Assembly: GCF_023055435.1 (NCBI RefSeq)
Contig: NW_025964223.1
Coordinates: 38,502,001 to 38,566,000, forward strand
DNA length: 64,000 nucleotides
Source: Haliotis rufescens
Lineage: Eukaryota
Direction: 5' to 3'
Under the pieces are notes generated by a model. That model saw only the letters and a list, made by a program, of their open reading frames with translations. It had not been told where the DNA came from and made no database searches. A program made the translations under genes and the position numbers. Shown here one piece after another: positions 43,493 through 55,900 of the stretch; the first letter of the stretch is position 1, and each line of letters starts with the position of its first letter.

Positions 43493-46262
43493 ATTAATTT
43501 ACAAGATTAGTTCACTTTTTGAGTTGAGGTAAAACTAGTTATTTATGTATGTTGCCCTTAAATCAGTACACTAGACATACTCATAAAAGTGCGATTCATC
43601 TTCAATACAATAAGTTTTTATAATCCTACAACGTCTATGTTTTCTTGCAATACCTACATATCTGCCTATTTCAATTAATAGATCATGTAAGCTACATGTA
43701 CAACGAAATCGAGAAGGGGCTGTTCTTAACTTACATAAATTAACACGTAATAGATAAGGTTCTGGTATCATTGTAGTCTTAAATGTAGTGTAGCAATTTG
43801 CTTTTCTAGATCTGGAAAAGGAACCATGCCATTTTGGGATGTACATGTCTTTAAAGGTCTGTCTAAAAACGGCTGTAGAAATGCTGTTGCATGTCTTCAA
43901 GTTGCTGTAACCAAATATAACCATATCCACTTTCGTATTACATGTTTTTTACTTTTGGTGCGCAATTTAATTTCCCATTGCTGTCATAGAGTATCATAGT
44001 ATAACATTTTGCAGGGTAACTAGAAGACGACATATTTGATAACTTGACCCAGTATTTAATACCCTTTAAAAAACTATAGATATACATTGGAAAACTTCCA
44101 CATTCACGATATACCCTTGCGTTTTCTGTTTTAGGTTTTACAACTTTAGTTTTATCCATATTTACAGTCAGTTTCGACCCGTCTTTTTTGCAAAACAGGT
44201 ATTGTGCTCGAGAACATTAATATATCATCAGCGAAAAGAAGCAGAAATACTTTAACAGTTTCGGGATGTAGTTGTATTCAATCAGTGCAATTATTTTGGA
44301 TTTAATATGCTTATTCGTTTATGAAAAAGGAAAATAGAAACGCTCCTAATATACACCTTTGTCGAACACCCATATTACTTATAAAATTATCAGATAAAGC
44401 GCCACACCTTCACATTTTTATACAAAGAACACAGTAACTTTCCAATTCTGCTACTTAGCCCATGTCTTTGAAAGAGGGACCATAAGTTAACCCTTTTCAT
44501 CGAGTCAAAAGCCTTTGCAAAATCTACAAATACAGCATACAACTTCCCTCCTTTTACTGATAGATATATCTGCATTGGAGAATATAGGATAAAGGCATTG
44601 TCAGTGTTGGAGTATCGTTTTCTAAAACTTACTTGTGACTCACTTATTTTATTATAAGAATGCGTCTAGAAAACAAGTCTGGAAGTATATATTTTACTTA
44701 ATGTACTGAGGAGAGTTATGCCTCTATAATGATAAACGTCGCTGGTTGCGCCCTGTTTGTGGAGAGGAACAATAATGTCAACTGTCAAGTTCTCTGGAAA
44801 ATATGATCTCTCCAAAAGGGTATTAAAATAGTTTCAAATATGGTATTAGAATACCTGTGGAATGTTTCAAAATCTCCGCTATCATGTTATCATTTCCAGA
44901 TGCCTTGTTATCTTTAAGGTGAGAGGTGCTGTCAATAATTTCGGAATATTGGACATTCAGGAACATCAGTTGTTACACTGTCAGCTTTATCTTCATTGAA
45001 TTCCATGTCAAATAAATTATCAATGTCAAGGCTAAATGGAACTGAAAACAATTTCTTGAAATGTTCAAACCAGTCTTGAATAGCAATATCATTTTTGCAA
45101 TGGTTTAATGGCTTTTAACGTAGACAAAAATGTTTTAGATTTATCCAACAGTTTCTGTTTTTGTTCGAGATATTCAGTCTTTTGTTCTTACAAACATCAT
45201 TGTACTGATTGCTTACTCTAGTATAATCTGTTAATGATCTACTGTCCTTATTCTTTCTAAATTTACGTCTACGTCTACATTATTCCTTTTTAATTAACTG
45301 GCATTCGCTATCAAACCATTGTTGATCATAGTTATAGCCCTAATTAGTTTTTTTCATATCAGATGCAGCGATAATAACAGCCTTTTCCAGTACGAGTATC
45401 GTAAATCATACGCAGACCCAGAAATTAGGTATATTCTAAACCGTTCATCCGTCTCTTCAACCAACACAAACTTAAAGGAATCCCTGACATGTGTATTGCG
45501 TGGCGTAGGTTCACTTACTTGAAGCGTTACACCAGCGTCTGACCCGCACCTTCCATTAACAATTTGTATATTCAGTAAACGACATAAATCGAGTAAGCTC
45601 TAACCAAAATTATTCAAAAATAAATCCCCCAAAAAATTATTTAAGCTGTATTTGTCCAACAGAAATCCCCATACACTGTTATCAAGTCCCTAGAGGTATT
45701 CAAGGATATCATCCTGTACAAAATCAGATTCAGTGCTAGTTCTCACATTCAAGTCTCCTCCCCTTATCATATTAAACATCATCACAATGTTCTTATATAT
45801 CATGTAGGTCATTTTGTAATATATGTATGCCTTTTTAGCATTGCCTCAAAGGGTTTGTGTACCAAGTCGAACATTCAGGGTGGACTTAAACACATGAACA
45901 TAGTAAATCTTCTCTTATATCCAAATACGGTTTTACCTAACAACATGAAAATACAAATGAGTTTAAGTAATCGGTAAAGTCCGGATCAGTTAATTTAGAA
46001 TTCAGTCCTGACACATTCATGTTTACAATCATCGACATGGTCTGTCGGATCTACCTGAGGCGTCCTTAAATCACGCTCGGTCTCATCATACCCCTAGCGG
46101 GTTGCTGTCCTGTCCCAGGCCTCAGAGCGAGAACTAAGAAGTTGTGGACCTATGTTTGACCCTCCCCGTCTTTGTCCTTGTGAGAGTGATGTTCTGATGT
46201 CCTGGCTATTCCTTCTCTCCCGTCTGTGTGCTGTAGTTCTCTCTAAGGTATCTTGGCTATCT
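43493..46262 (-). mobile_element. Degenerate CR1/L2-type LINE (APE endonuclease + reverse transcriptase)
   Basis: - strand fragments GDLNVRT (~45750), YRGITLLS (~44720), YAVFVDFAKAFDS, GVRQ, LLFADD (~44230) and C-terminal HDLLIEIGRY...IEDESHF; many frameshifts; boundaries set by breaks in homology to the copy 3 upstream region. Confidence 0.88.
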
Positions 46263-46439
46263 CAAGTTACAGCCATTTACTATCATTTTCACTCTGGAAC
46301 TTTCTGTCTCCAAGTTCTTTTTATTCCATTCGTTTGCCATATCGAACAGAAACGTCGATAGAAATGCTAGAACGTTTTAAGTTTATCTCTTAACCTTCTC
46401 GAAGATATTTTCACCTTGTAAGACTTATAAGAGATTGTT

Positions 46440-46468
46440 AGTACAAAGTTCAACCTTAGGGAGATAAG
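46440..46468 (+). promoter_or_regulatory. Conserved DR1/HNF4-like site plus GATA site upstream of SIAE copy 4
   Basis: AGTACAAAGTTCA (46440-46452) and GAGATAAG (46461-46468); identical at 34150-34162 and 34171-34178 upstream of copy 3. Confidence 0.35.
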
Positions 46469-46508
46469 GCAGGGATCGATTGTGTGTGTCTTGAAGACGG
46501 CGGATGAA

Positions 46509-49500
46509 ATGGAGTCAGTTGTATGGAAATTCATTTGGACTGCCGTTAATGTGGCAGCATTAGCAGTATATTCTGGAAGAGGTAATATATGTTTTCTGGA
46601 ACATTCTTTGACTTTGTCTTAAATTTTTCTACTGTTTGATCTTGTTAAATCTATATCATCTGCAACATTCGTCTGCCTCATGTACAGGATATCTGATGAA
46701 AGTTGGATTCATTTCAAGAAGGTTTATCCCCTCGTATTATCAACAAATACAAAATTCAAATGATTTAATGTATGATTACTGGTAGCTCACATGAGTGAAA
46801 CAGTGTATGTGCAGATATATTCGAATATTGTCTTGTTGTTATTAATATCTGGGGAAACAAAAAATATATTTCATTATGTAATACTTGGGTGTCTTGTTGG
46901 TTTGGTTCCTAATGGAAAGAGCTGTATATGCGCAATAATCTCGAACGCAAATTTAAACCCCATTTCACCCAAACCCCTACCTTCAGATAAGAATTCCTGA
47001 TTTATCATTCGGATCTTTTAGACAGTACTGTCTTATACCTCTATAATCAAGACCACATTTTACCTATCCCTTCACTTATCTTGAACATTATTCTATTTTA
47101 GGGACCACAGCGCAAAGACCATTTGCCTTTGCCAGTTACTATGGAAACCACATGGTTCTTCAAAAAGCACCCCAAAGAACGATTATCTGGGGATATGCTG
47201 CAAAACCAGGGGAGACAATCACATTGAGCATTAGTGGTAAAGGGGAGGTGAACACAACATCCTTTAATGGACCTATGGCAACAACCCCTGTGTGGTCAGT
47301 TCAACTTCCTGCAATCGCTGCTGGTGGGCCTTACAACATTACAGCGACATCTAGCGAGGGCAGCATTGGCTTAACTGATGTGTTATTTGGTGACGTCTGG
47401 ATATGTTCGGGTCAGAGCAACATGCAGTTTACAGTTTCAATGGTAGGTTGTAACATACACAGATATTGAACATGACCAGCAGACAGCATCTGATGACCTC
47501 ATTGTTGTCTACTGGTCATGCTGATAACGTGTTTTACTGTTGTAGTCCCCTTGTGCCGATGATTTATTACAACTGCTCAGCAAGTGTCTGATCAATAGTT
47601 GATGTGACACACCTATTTCTGAAAACATGAATCAGCTATTTTTATTTTGGTTGGGTCTTGTGACACGTTGTTACAGCACTAGGTTCTCTTAGCCCTAAGA
47701 ACCTGGCTGAATAATAACCGATGATTCTAACTGCAGCTAACTCCTACTGATGCCTCGGATTATTAATCATAGTGTTAATGTGAAACACTTCTTATGGGTT
47801 TTGCCAAAGAGATAAAGGTTTACTACCTAGTGTCATTTGGGTTTCAATCCCGCTTAAGCACACACACCACCACATACCTGAAGTCCTGTTCTTAGTGACC
47901 TGTTATCCAACTATTTCATTCGTTCTCTTAGCGTTCCAAGTGTTGTATAAATCAGTTATTCATGTTGTCTCCGACAGGGTTTCAATGCCACGGAAGAGGA
48001 GTTAGATGCCTTTAACCATCCCAACATCCGGGTATTCACAGTTGCCTTGGGAGGGTCTCCTTTTGAAGAATATGATCTGTTGGGTATCAGTGAACCTTGG
48101 TCGGTTCCTAGTCCAGGTAAACACTTGCTGTAGAGTTTCCTGGTCATACATTGCAACGTCATAATCCATACATCAATATTACTTACACGCTCTTTCTGAC
48201 AACATATCCTTCTATAAAATATTCATTTTGAAATAAACATATTCTCAAGTAATCTCAATATAATACATGTATCATTTCCTCTCTGTAGTTCCGTAACTAT
48301 TGTACGCCTGCCTGACAAGTATGTCCCCTGCGTTCCAACTAGTTTTAACTCTCTTTATCTTCTTACATCAAGAGACCATTGGTGGTCCAGCTTGGTCGTA
48401 CTTTTCGGATGTCTGCTGGTTATATGGCAAGTACCTGTCTTCGCATCTCAAATACCCCATCGGCCTCATTGCGACGTCATACGAAGGAACCCGAGTGGAG
48501 GCGTGGTCAGCTCCCAATGTTCTCAAGCAATGTGATGTATACGATGTAAGCGACATAAGCGATGACGCTGGTGATGTTTCTGGTGTAAATCCAAATGCTG
48601 CTTCTGTTCTGTGGAATGCCATGATGCGACCTTTTCTCAACATGACCATATATGGAGTCATATGGTATCAAGGTAAAAAATATATCAAAAAATATANNNN
48701 NNNNNNNNNNNNNNNNNNNNNNNNNNNNNNNNNNNNNNNNNNNNNNNNNNNNNNNNNNNNNNNNNNNNNNNNNNNNNNNNNNNNNNNNNNNNNNNNNNNN
48801 NNNNNNNNNNNNNNNNNNNNNNNNNNNNNNNNNNNNNNNNNNNNNNNNNNNNNNNNNNNNNNNNNNNNTCAATATTTTGTTTTAGGCGAGTCTAATGACA
48901 AACCACCTTCATCAATGAACCGGTACAACTGTACGTTCCCCGCCATGATTGATGACTGGAGAGATAGATTCCACCACGGTTCCGTTGGTCAAACTAACCC
49001 GCTTTTTCCCTTTGGATTTGTACAGGTAATCGTGCTTGTCTAACATGCATTTATTAACGACTTTGTACAACTTAAAATGAATGTCACTATTGTTTCTGCT
49101 TATAATGTATGTAGAACTATTATTCCGAGCATCGACCCTCACAATACCAAACCAGCAAATAGTTTAGAATGTCAGAATGTGAAAACAATTAAATCATAAT
49201 CCTTAATTGCCAGCCATACACTTCAGTTTATGAGAAGTTATGTCACTACAATGACCTGTCTTCCAATCAATTTACGGACCAGTATTTGGATTTGACTTTT
49301 GAGTCGTCATATTCATGCACAATATTTGTGTCAAAGGAAGAATTTGTTGTCCATTGTCATTTTTATTCCTTCCACTCATATAATTTCCACAGCGGAATCT
49401 GTTTCGGTAGAAAATCCAGGCAAGTTATTCTCTTGCATTGACAATTTTTATTCCTTCTTTCCTCAGCTTGCTCCATGGCGAGACAATGACGTCACTACGA

Positions 49501-51607
49501 CCGGCTTCACAGACATTCGGTGGCACCAGACAGCTGACTATGGCTACGTCCCTAACGCCAGGATGAAGAATACCTTCATGGCGGTGGCCATGGACCTGCC
49601 CGACTTCTCGTCTCCTTGGCAAAGGTATCATAAATAATGTAAACCCAGTAAATAAATGCTATTAAAAAAAGGTGGAATGTCTAACAATTTGTAATCCATA
49701 TTGTTGCACAAATGTTGTTTCTTTTTCAGTAAACCCTCACACCATTTTAAGTAGTCCCTGACGGTGCCTTTCCCTATGTGTGTCATTTTTGACTCGGTCA
49801 TCTGGACACTGGCCATAATATGTAACAATCAGATAAGATATTGTGTGTTTTTCGATGTGCTTTCAGTATCCATCCCCGGGACAAGCAGGATGTGTCTATG
49901 CGTCTGTGTACAGCAGGACTTGCTGTGGCTTACAACCAAACTCACTTCTCTACACTCAATGGCCCCTACCCGTCTCATTTTACAATCTTGGCGCAAGAAG
50001 AAACCGTGCAGATTACTTATGACAAAGTTCTGGAAATTAGATCGAAATCAGGCTTTGAGGTCAGTGACCATTGCTACTTCGTGTTTTTTCTTGCTTTTGT
50101 GAACCAAACAATTGTTATGTTTTTGCATATATTTCTCTGAGATGACCATTTTGTTTGTGTGTATTGCCAGTAGGTAAATTGCGCACAGTCTGATGACGCG
50201 GAATCATTGGCTCTGGGTTCCATTCGCTTGTGACTTATTACGATATATAGGGGATACTTATATTTTCTTGTCAAATAGCATCTATATCTGATCTAGTGAC
50301 CTTACAAAGATAAGTGGCGCGTGTATCACAATAGTTAATATGTTACAATTATTACGTTACAACATTACAAATGTTAATTATTCATTATGTACATGTAATT
50401 TCTAAATGATCTTCACTATCTTTCCATGAAAAATAATTGTATCATTAGGACAGTCTGAAAGTCGTTCCAGATAAAGTGATATTTCATTCGAGTGATATAT
50501 CGATGTAATATTTTCAGAATAATTCAATACTTCATGATTAAATAGACAATATCACTCTATCAATATCAAATAAGTATAAAACCAGCTGTTCGCAAAAGGG
50601 GAAGCGTATCCTATCCCACATTTCTATATACCCTTGCAAGGTTTTTACAAATGGCATGTTCAAGTATGAGCGAAAAAGGTCGATTATTCTTCAAAAGAAA
50701 AATTAACTACATCTGTCCCCTGAGAAGATTTTGTTACCATACGTTTGAGTCTTTATCTGTATCTCCAACGAAAATAAGCTTGAGTCAAAGACTGGCTCAT
50801 GTTCAAATAATAAAACTGAAAACTGAAAACCTCTAAAATCAGCTTTTTCCCACATTTAGTGTTGTGTCCAAAACAAGCATCTGTCAACACTCGAGGTCTC
50901 ATTCACATGAACATATCTGATAACATTTTGCTAATTTCGAAACGTATGCCGACCCTTTAAGGGCAAAATATGACCTTTTTTAACCTGAGTGGTTTCGAGG
51001 GTGGTCATATTCGTCATATTCGAGTTCTACTGCGACAAATATTGTGCGTGTCAAAAGCATCAACCCGTTTGTTCCTGTAGCAATGCTGGAAATACACCAA
51101 TACCTTGCTACAGAATTGCTGAATACTTCGTGGGACCAGCAGTCCCTGTTCTGTGCCATCACTAAGTGATGGCGTTTGAGAACTATCATCATGGTGTGTC
51201 CCCTGATCAAAGTTAATATGACAGCTGGTTGATGAAAAGTACACTCAGACAAATATTCATAAGTGATGAATCAACTGACGAGTAAACTGTTTGAATCAGA
51301 GACCTTTCATTAAGTTGTGATTTCTCTAGTTATTGTGGTTGTTTTCCTTTAGGTGACATGTGTTAAATCCAACAGTTCATCACGACCAGATGATAATTCA
51401 GTATGGTTCCCAATGCCTATTACTTCACACGACAACACATCAGTGACCCTCAACTACAGCCAACTATGTCTGCGATCTAGAGACAGGGTGGTGTCTGCAA
51501 TACGGTACGCCTGGAGAGAGTCGCCCTGCCCCTTCAAACAGTGTGCTGTCTACAACAAGGACAGTGGATACCCAGGGCCACCTTTCATTCGACATGTTAA
51601 GCAATAA
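46509..51607 (+). CDS. SIAE: SIAE-like copy 4 (8 exons, open frame; YGGT>YEGT)
   Basis: Exons 46509-46581 (MESVVWKFIWTAVNVAALAVYSGR), 47102-47442, 47978-48116, 48373-48672, 48886-49025, 49467-49624, 49867-50059, 51353-51607. Confidence 0.9.
48697..48868. other. Assembly gap (N run)
   Basis: Run of n in intron 4 of copy 4. Confidence 1.
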
Positions 51608-52988
51608 GATGTTAAATATTGAAATTATGAAATAAATTGCGTGCAAAATAACTAGAATGTTTGGTTTTTAGTTATTATCAATACACATCCGTGAGGCCCT
51701 CCCTGTAATGGTGATGAGCTATACTTTTAAAACCAGCAATAAGATGTCAAATATTAAAATTCCGTGAAAATAACTGAAATGTTTGATTTTGAGTATAATC
51801 AATAAACACCCATTAGGCCATCTAGTTAATGAAGATGAACATCTCTTTAAAAACGGGTAACAACACTATGTTTACTTTGTATTATGTCTAGGGTATATTA
51901 CTGACAGGCAACAATGGCTATGAAAACACGAATAAAAGCTACACAAACATTTCCATCATCATGAGAAATCTGAGAGTTCATTGTACGATTCCGTCTATAT
52001 CACGAGCATATGTTTATGAATTAATCACTATCAAACGGGGATGATACCAGGTGTCACGAGGTGATTGTATCCTGCCCCACCGGTGGCACCCGTCACGAGC
52101 ACAAAGTCAACTGCTCACCTGAAAAAAATAGGGTACGAGTCAAAATGGGGAAATTGAAATCGCCATAGAAAGAGCATGCTCCATCTTACCTCAAAAGTTG
52201 TGGAATGTAGACACCAAAGGCTGGAGTTGCTGGAACTATTGGAAAGTTGAAGTCATTTCTCTTGTCATACAAGACATGTTCAATTAATGATATGGAAACG
52301 TCTTACCAAAATGATTCTTGATGGCGGCGACCGACGATGACGGGCGACTTACTGAATCGTGTGGTCAGGTTTGGTGACTTGGTTGATTGCCCAACATACC
52401 TGACGGATCGTGGCTCAGAATTTATTTTGATAATACAGTTTTCAATTCTCACCATCTCAGTGCTAGCAAATGGAAGTATTTGTTATAAATATAGTACCTC
52501 AAGCTTGTAACTGCATGTTGACTCCCTAAAGTTAGATTTGAATCATATCTACTGAACTGTTGACTAAGAAACAAATTTAGGAAGTCTAATACACCGTTGT
52601 CCCAAACGTTTGAAAACTAAATCATATTATTTGTGGTCAGGTTTTACCAACAACAAAATTCTTGACGATATGATGGATGTTCTGATGGGTTATGAGTAAA
52701 CCTAATTGTTTCACCGCTCCTTTCGGAATACAAGATATGTAATTTTTGAAGCATTAACTGACAAACATTCTGTCTCAAACAACAAATCCCAAAACCTGGA
52801 CCAACCAGACCAAACATATAAACACTTAAATCTAATATACTCAACCATAAGGAATGTGTTCTACATTAGGTATTGTCTTAAAGAATGCAAGTAGTTTTCC
52901 AGATATGGTAGAGATATCATAGAGGTAGATAGTGTCCTAAATATATATACTGTGCAATCATTAGTCTTTACTCAAACATTCCGGCAAA

Positions 52989-55900
52989 ATGGGACCAACT
53001 GCCTGCGCAGTTCTCCTGATTACCCTTGAGGTGGCCTTACTTACTGCAGGAGAAGGTAGGTTTTCTCAAGATCATAAGTTAGTTGTACGGACCACATGAT
53101 AAATTGACACCAAGTATTTGTGCATTCAATGATTGAACAAATTTTAACATATGGTTGGAACCCCGTGATTTACACAAAAGTAGGGTCAGCTCTATCTGAC
53201 TGTCATTTCGTGTCATATTTTAGTCCAAGTTGTTAAAACAGGTAAAGTTCTGTCGATATAACTACACAAGAATATATTACATTGTTCCACACTTGTGTTA
53301 CAGTACGAAACGTGTTACGTCCGACCTGTGACACTGTCTGATAAACCTCTCTGACCCAAACCAAATCATCGTTATCTCCTTAAAGATATAACTATACAAG
53401 ACTTCATAACATTGTTCTGAAGCGTCCGAAATCTGCATTACATTTCCTAAGGGTTAATATATTTCAGGGAACATAGATGTTAAAACATTCTCCTTTGCAA
53501 GTTTCTATGGAAACTATATGCTTCTTCAAAATGCTGCCCAAAAGAAAACAATATGTCTGGTTTTACTGAACAACAAGGGAAAACATATACATTGATATTG
53601 CAGAGGCCTTAAAAGCAAAATCATTCGCCTTTGCTAGTTACTATGGAGACCACATGGTTCTTCAACAAGCGCCTAGGAAAGCTGCAATCTGGGGATATGC
53701 TGCAAAACCAGGGGAGACAATCACATTGAGCATTAGTGGTAAAGGGGAGGTGAACACAACATCCTTTAATGGACCTATGGCAACAACCCCTGTGTGGTCA
53801 GTTCAACTTCCTGCAATCGCTGCTGGTGGGCCTTACAACATTACAGCGACATCTAGCGAGGGCAGCATTGGCTTAACTGATGTGTTATTTGGTGACGTCT
53901 GGATATGTTCCGGTCAGAGCAACATGCAGTTTACACTTTCGATGGTAAGTTTAAAAAAAAAATGACAATAGGTTAGTCGATATTATAGACGCTTCTCCAT
54001 GCATAACTGGTAGTCAAGGTCGATGAAAACTAACTGGTTACATACTCAATTATGATGGTAAAATGAGTGGTTATAGGACTCAAATATGGTAAGGTTGTCA
54101 ATGAACAAAACGCAAATCTGATCTTAAACATGTTACAAAAGATTCTGACTTTAACCACAAGTAAAACAGGATTAGTGTCTCTGCTAACCTAAAACTTCTT
54201 TATGGAACTGCAGATATGCTTGTGTTGAAAAGGTCATGTATTAATCGATGATTTATAACATTCTTGATCTTTCTTAACAAGGTCCCACAAGGCATCATTT
54301 ATAATTGAGTATAATCCATGCAGGCTTTAAATGCAACGGAAGAGATGGCAGATGTCCCCAACTATCCCAACATCCGGGTGTTTACAGTTGCCTTGGGAGG
54401 GTCTCCGGTCGAAGAATATGATCTGCTGAATATCAGCCAGCATTGGTCTGTTCCAAGTGCAGGTAGAACCAACAACTTCAGTGATGCCAAGTCATGTGCA
54501 ATCGTTATATGTCAGCACCTTTTGTAAAAACATCAACATTTTGCTTCAAAGTCTGTTTCAACAGTTCAACTTTGCTGCTGTCTTACAGATACACCATATG
54601 TCACGACATCCCTTCTTGCATGATAATACATCGCGTTCATCTTCCTACCATAATCACAATAATCAGGTTGCAAACCACATTCAAAATGTAGTTTTATATT
54701 GGCATTTGACCATGAAGGTTCCTTTAGCCTTTATGCTGCGATAGTGATATAGTCAGGGTGATACAGATATATTAATCGGCAGATGTCCATTTACGTTATT
54801 TTTGATTTTAGTGGGGTTTTTTCTCCAAAATTCTAAATATTACGGCAACATTTTTTTCCTGACATCCAGGTACTATAGGCGGTCCGAATTGGTCGTACTT
54901 TTCGGGAGTCTGCTGGTTATATGGCAAGTACCTGTCTTCACATCTCAAAAACCCCATCGGCCTCATAGCATCATCATACGGAGGAACCCGAGTAGAGGCG
55001 TGGTCAGCTCCCAATGTTCTCAAGAAATGTGGTGTAAGCGATGTGTCTGGTGTGAACCCGAACTCTGCTTCTGTTCTGTGGAATGCCATGATGCGACCCT
55101 TCCTCAACATGACCATATACGGAGCCATCTGGTATCAAGGTAAAAACTGTTACACATTAGACCTGGTGCCATATTCATCTATTTTAGTGGAATATTGTCT
55201 CACAAAATATTATACATGTAGTACTTTTTAATATGGCTAAAGGAATATAGGTAAAAAATTCATAGCTCAGTGCTTACTTACAGAAAAAAGCAATTTCTAA
55301 AAGGATATGCTCATGCTGACCTCAGCATCCCATGCATCGTGCATTCATGAAAATGTGGAGATTAATTCAAGTTGAACTAAAATCTGTCTAAATATGGAAA
55401 ACCATTCATATAAACTCTTTACTTTCCCAGAAAGGGAATAATGCTGTGCTCTGATTTGTAACAGTGTATGACAAACAACTTATCCCATTGTTAAACATCG
55501 ATATCTCTCTCGGAAACGTATTTATTAATACGATTAGGTGCTCTAGGAAAGGTCGTTGTGAGCACGGTTACAAGAGGAGATACCAAGAGAATCCACGTTT
55601 TATTTACGGCAACCGATATAAAGAAAACTTACCTAGTGTGACCGTCTCACTATCGGTTGCAAATGTGCACTTATAACAATAAGAACTTACTTCAATAGAC
55701 ATCACAATTATATTTTGATATGAATGAAATGATCTGGACACCCACCAATTCCTAACGTCCGATTTATGTAGTCAGCACGCTTGGGAAACGTGGTATAATT
55801 TCTACATTCTGAACGCCTACGTTGGAATTTAAGAGGGTCAAATTTTGAGGTCAATTAACAGATTACAAGTTGAACATTTTTCTACAACAAGTTAAGGCGA

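Noticed and set aside
29387-55128. Recurrent minus-strand ORFs (MAPYMV...) in copies 2-5
   Set aside because: Antisense shadows of the conserved SIAE exon 4; no independent coding evidence.
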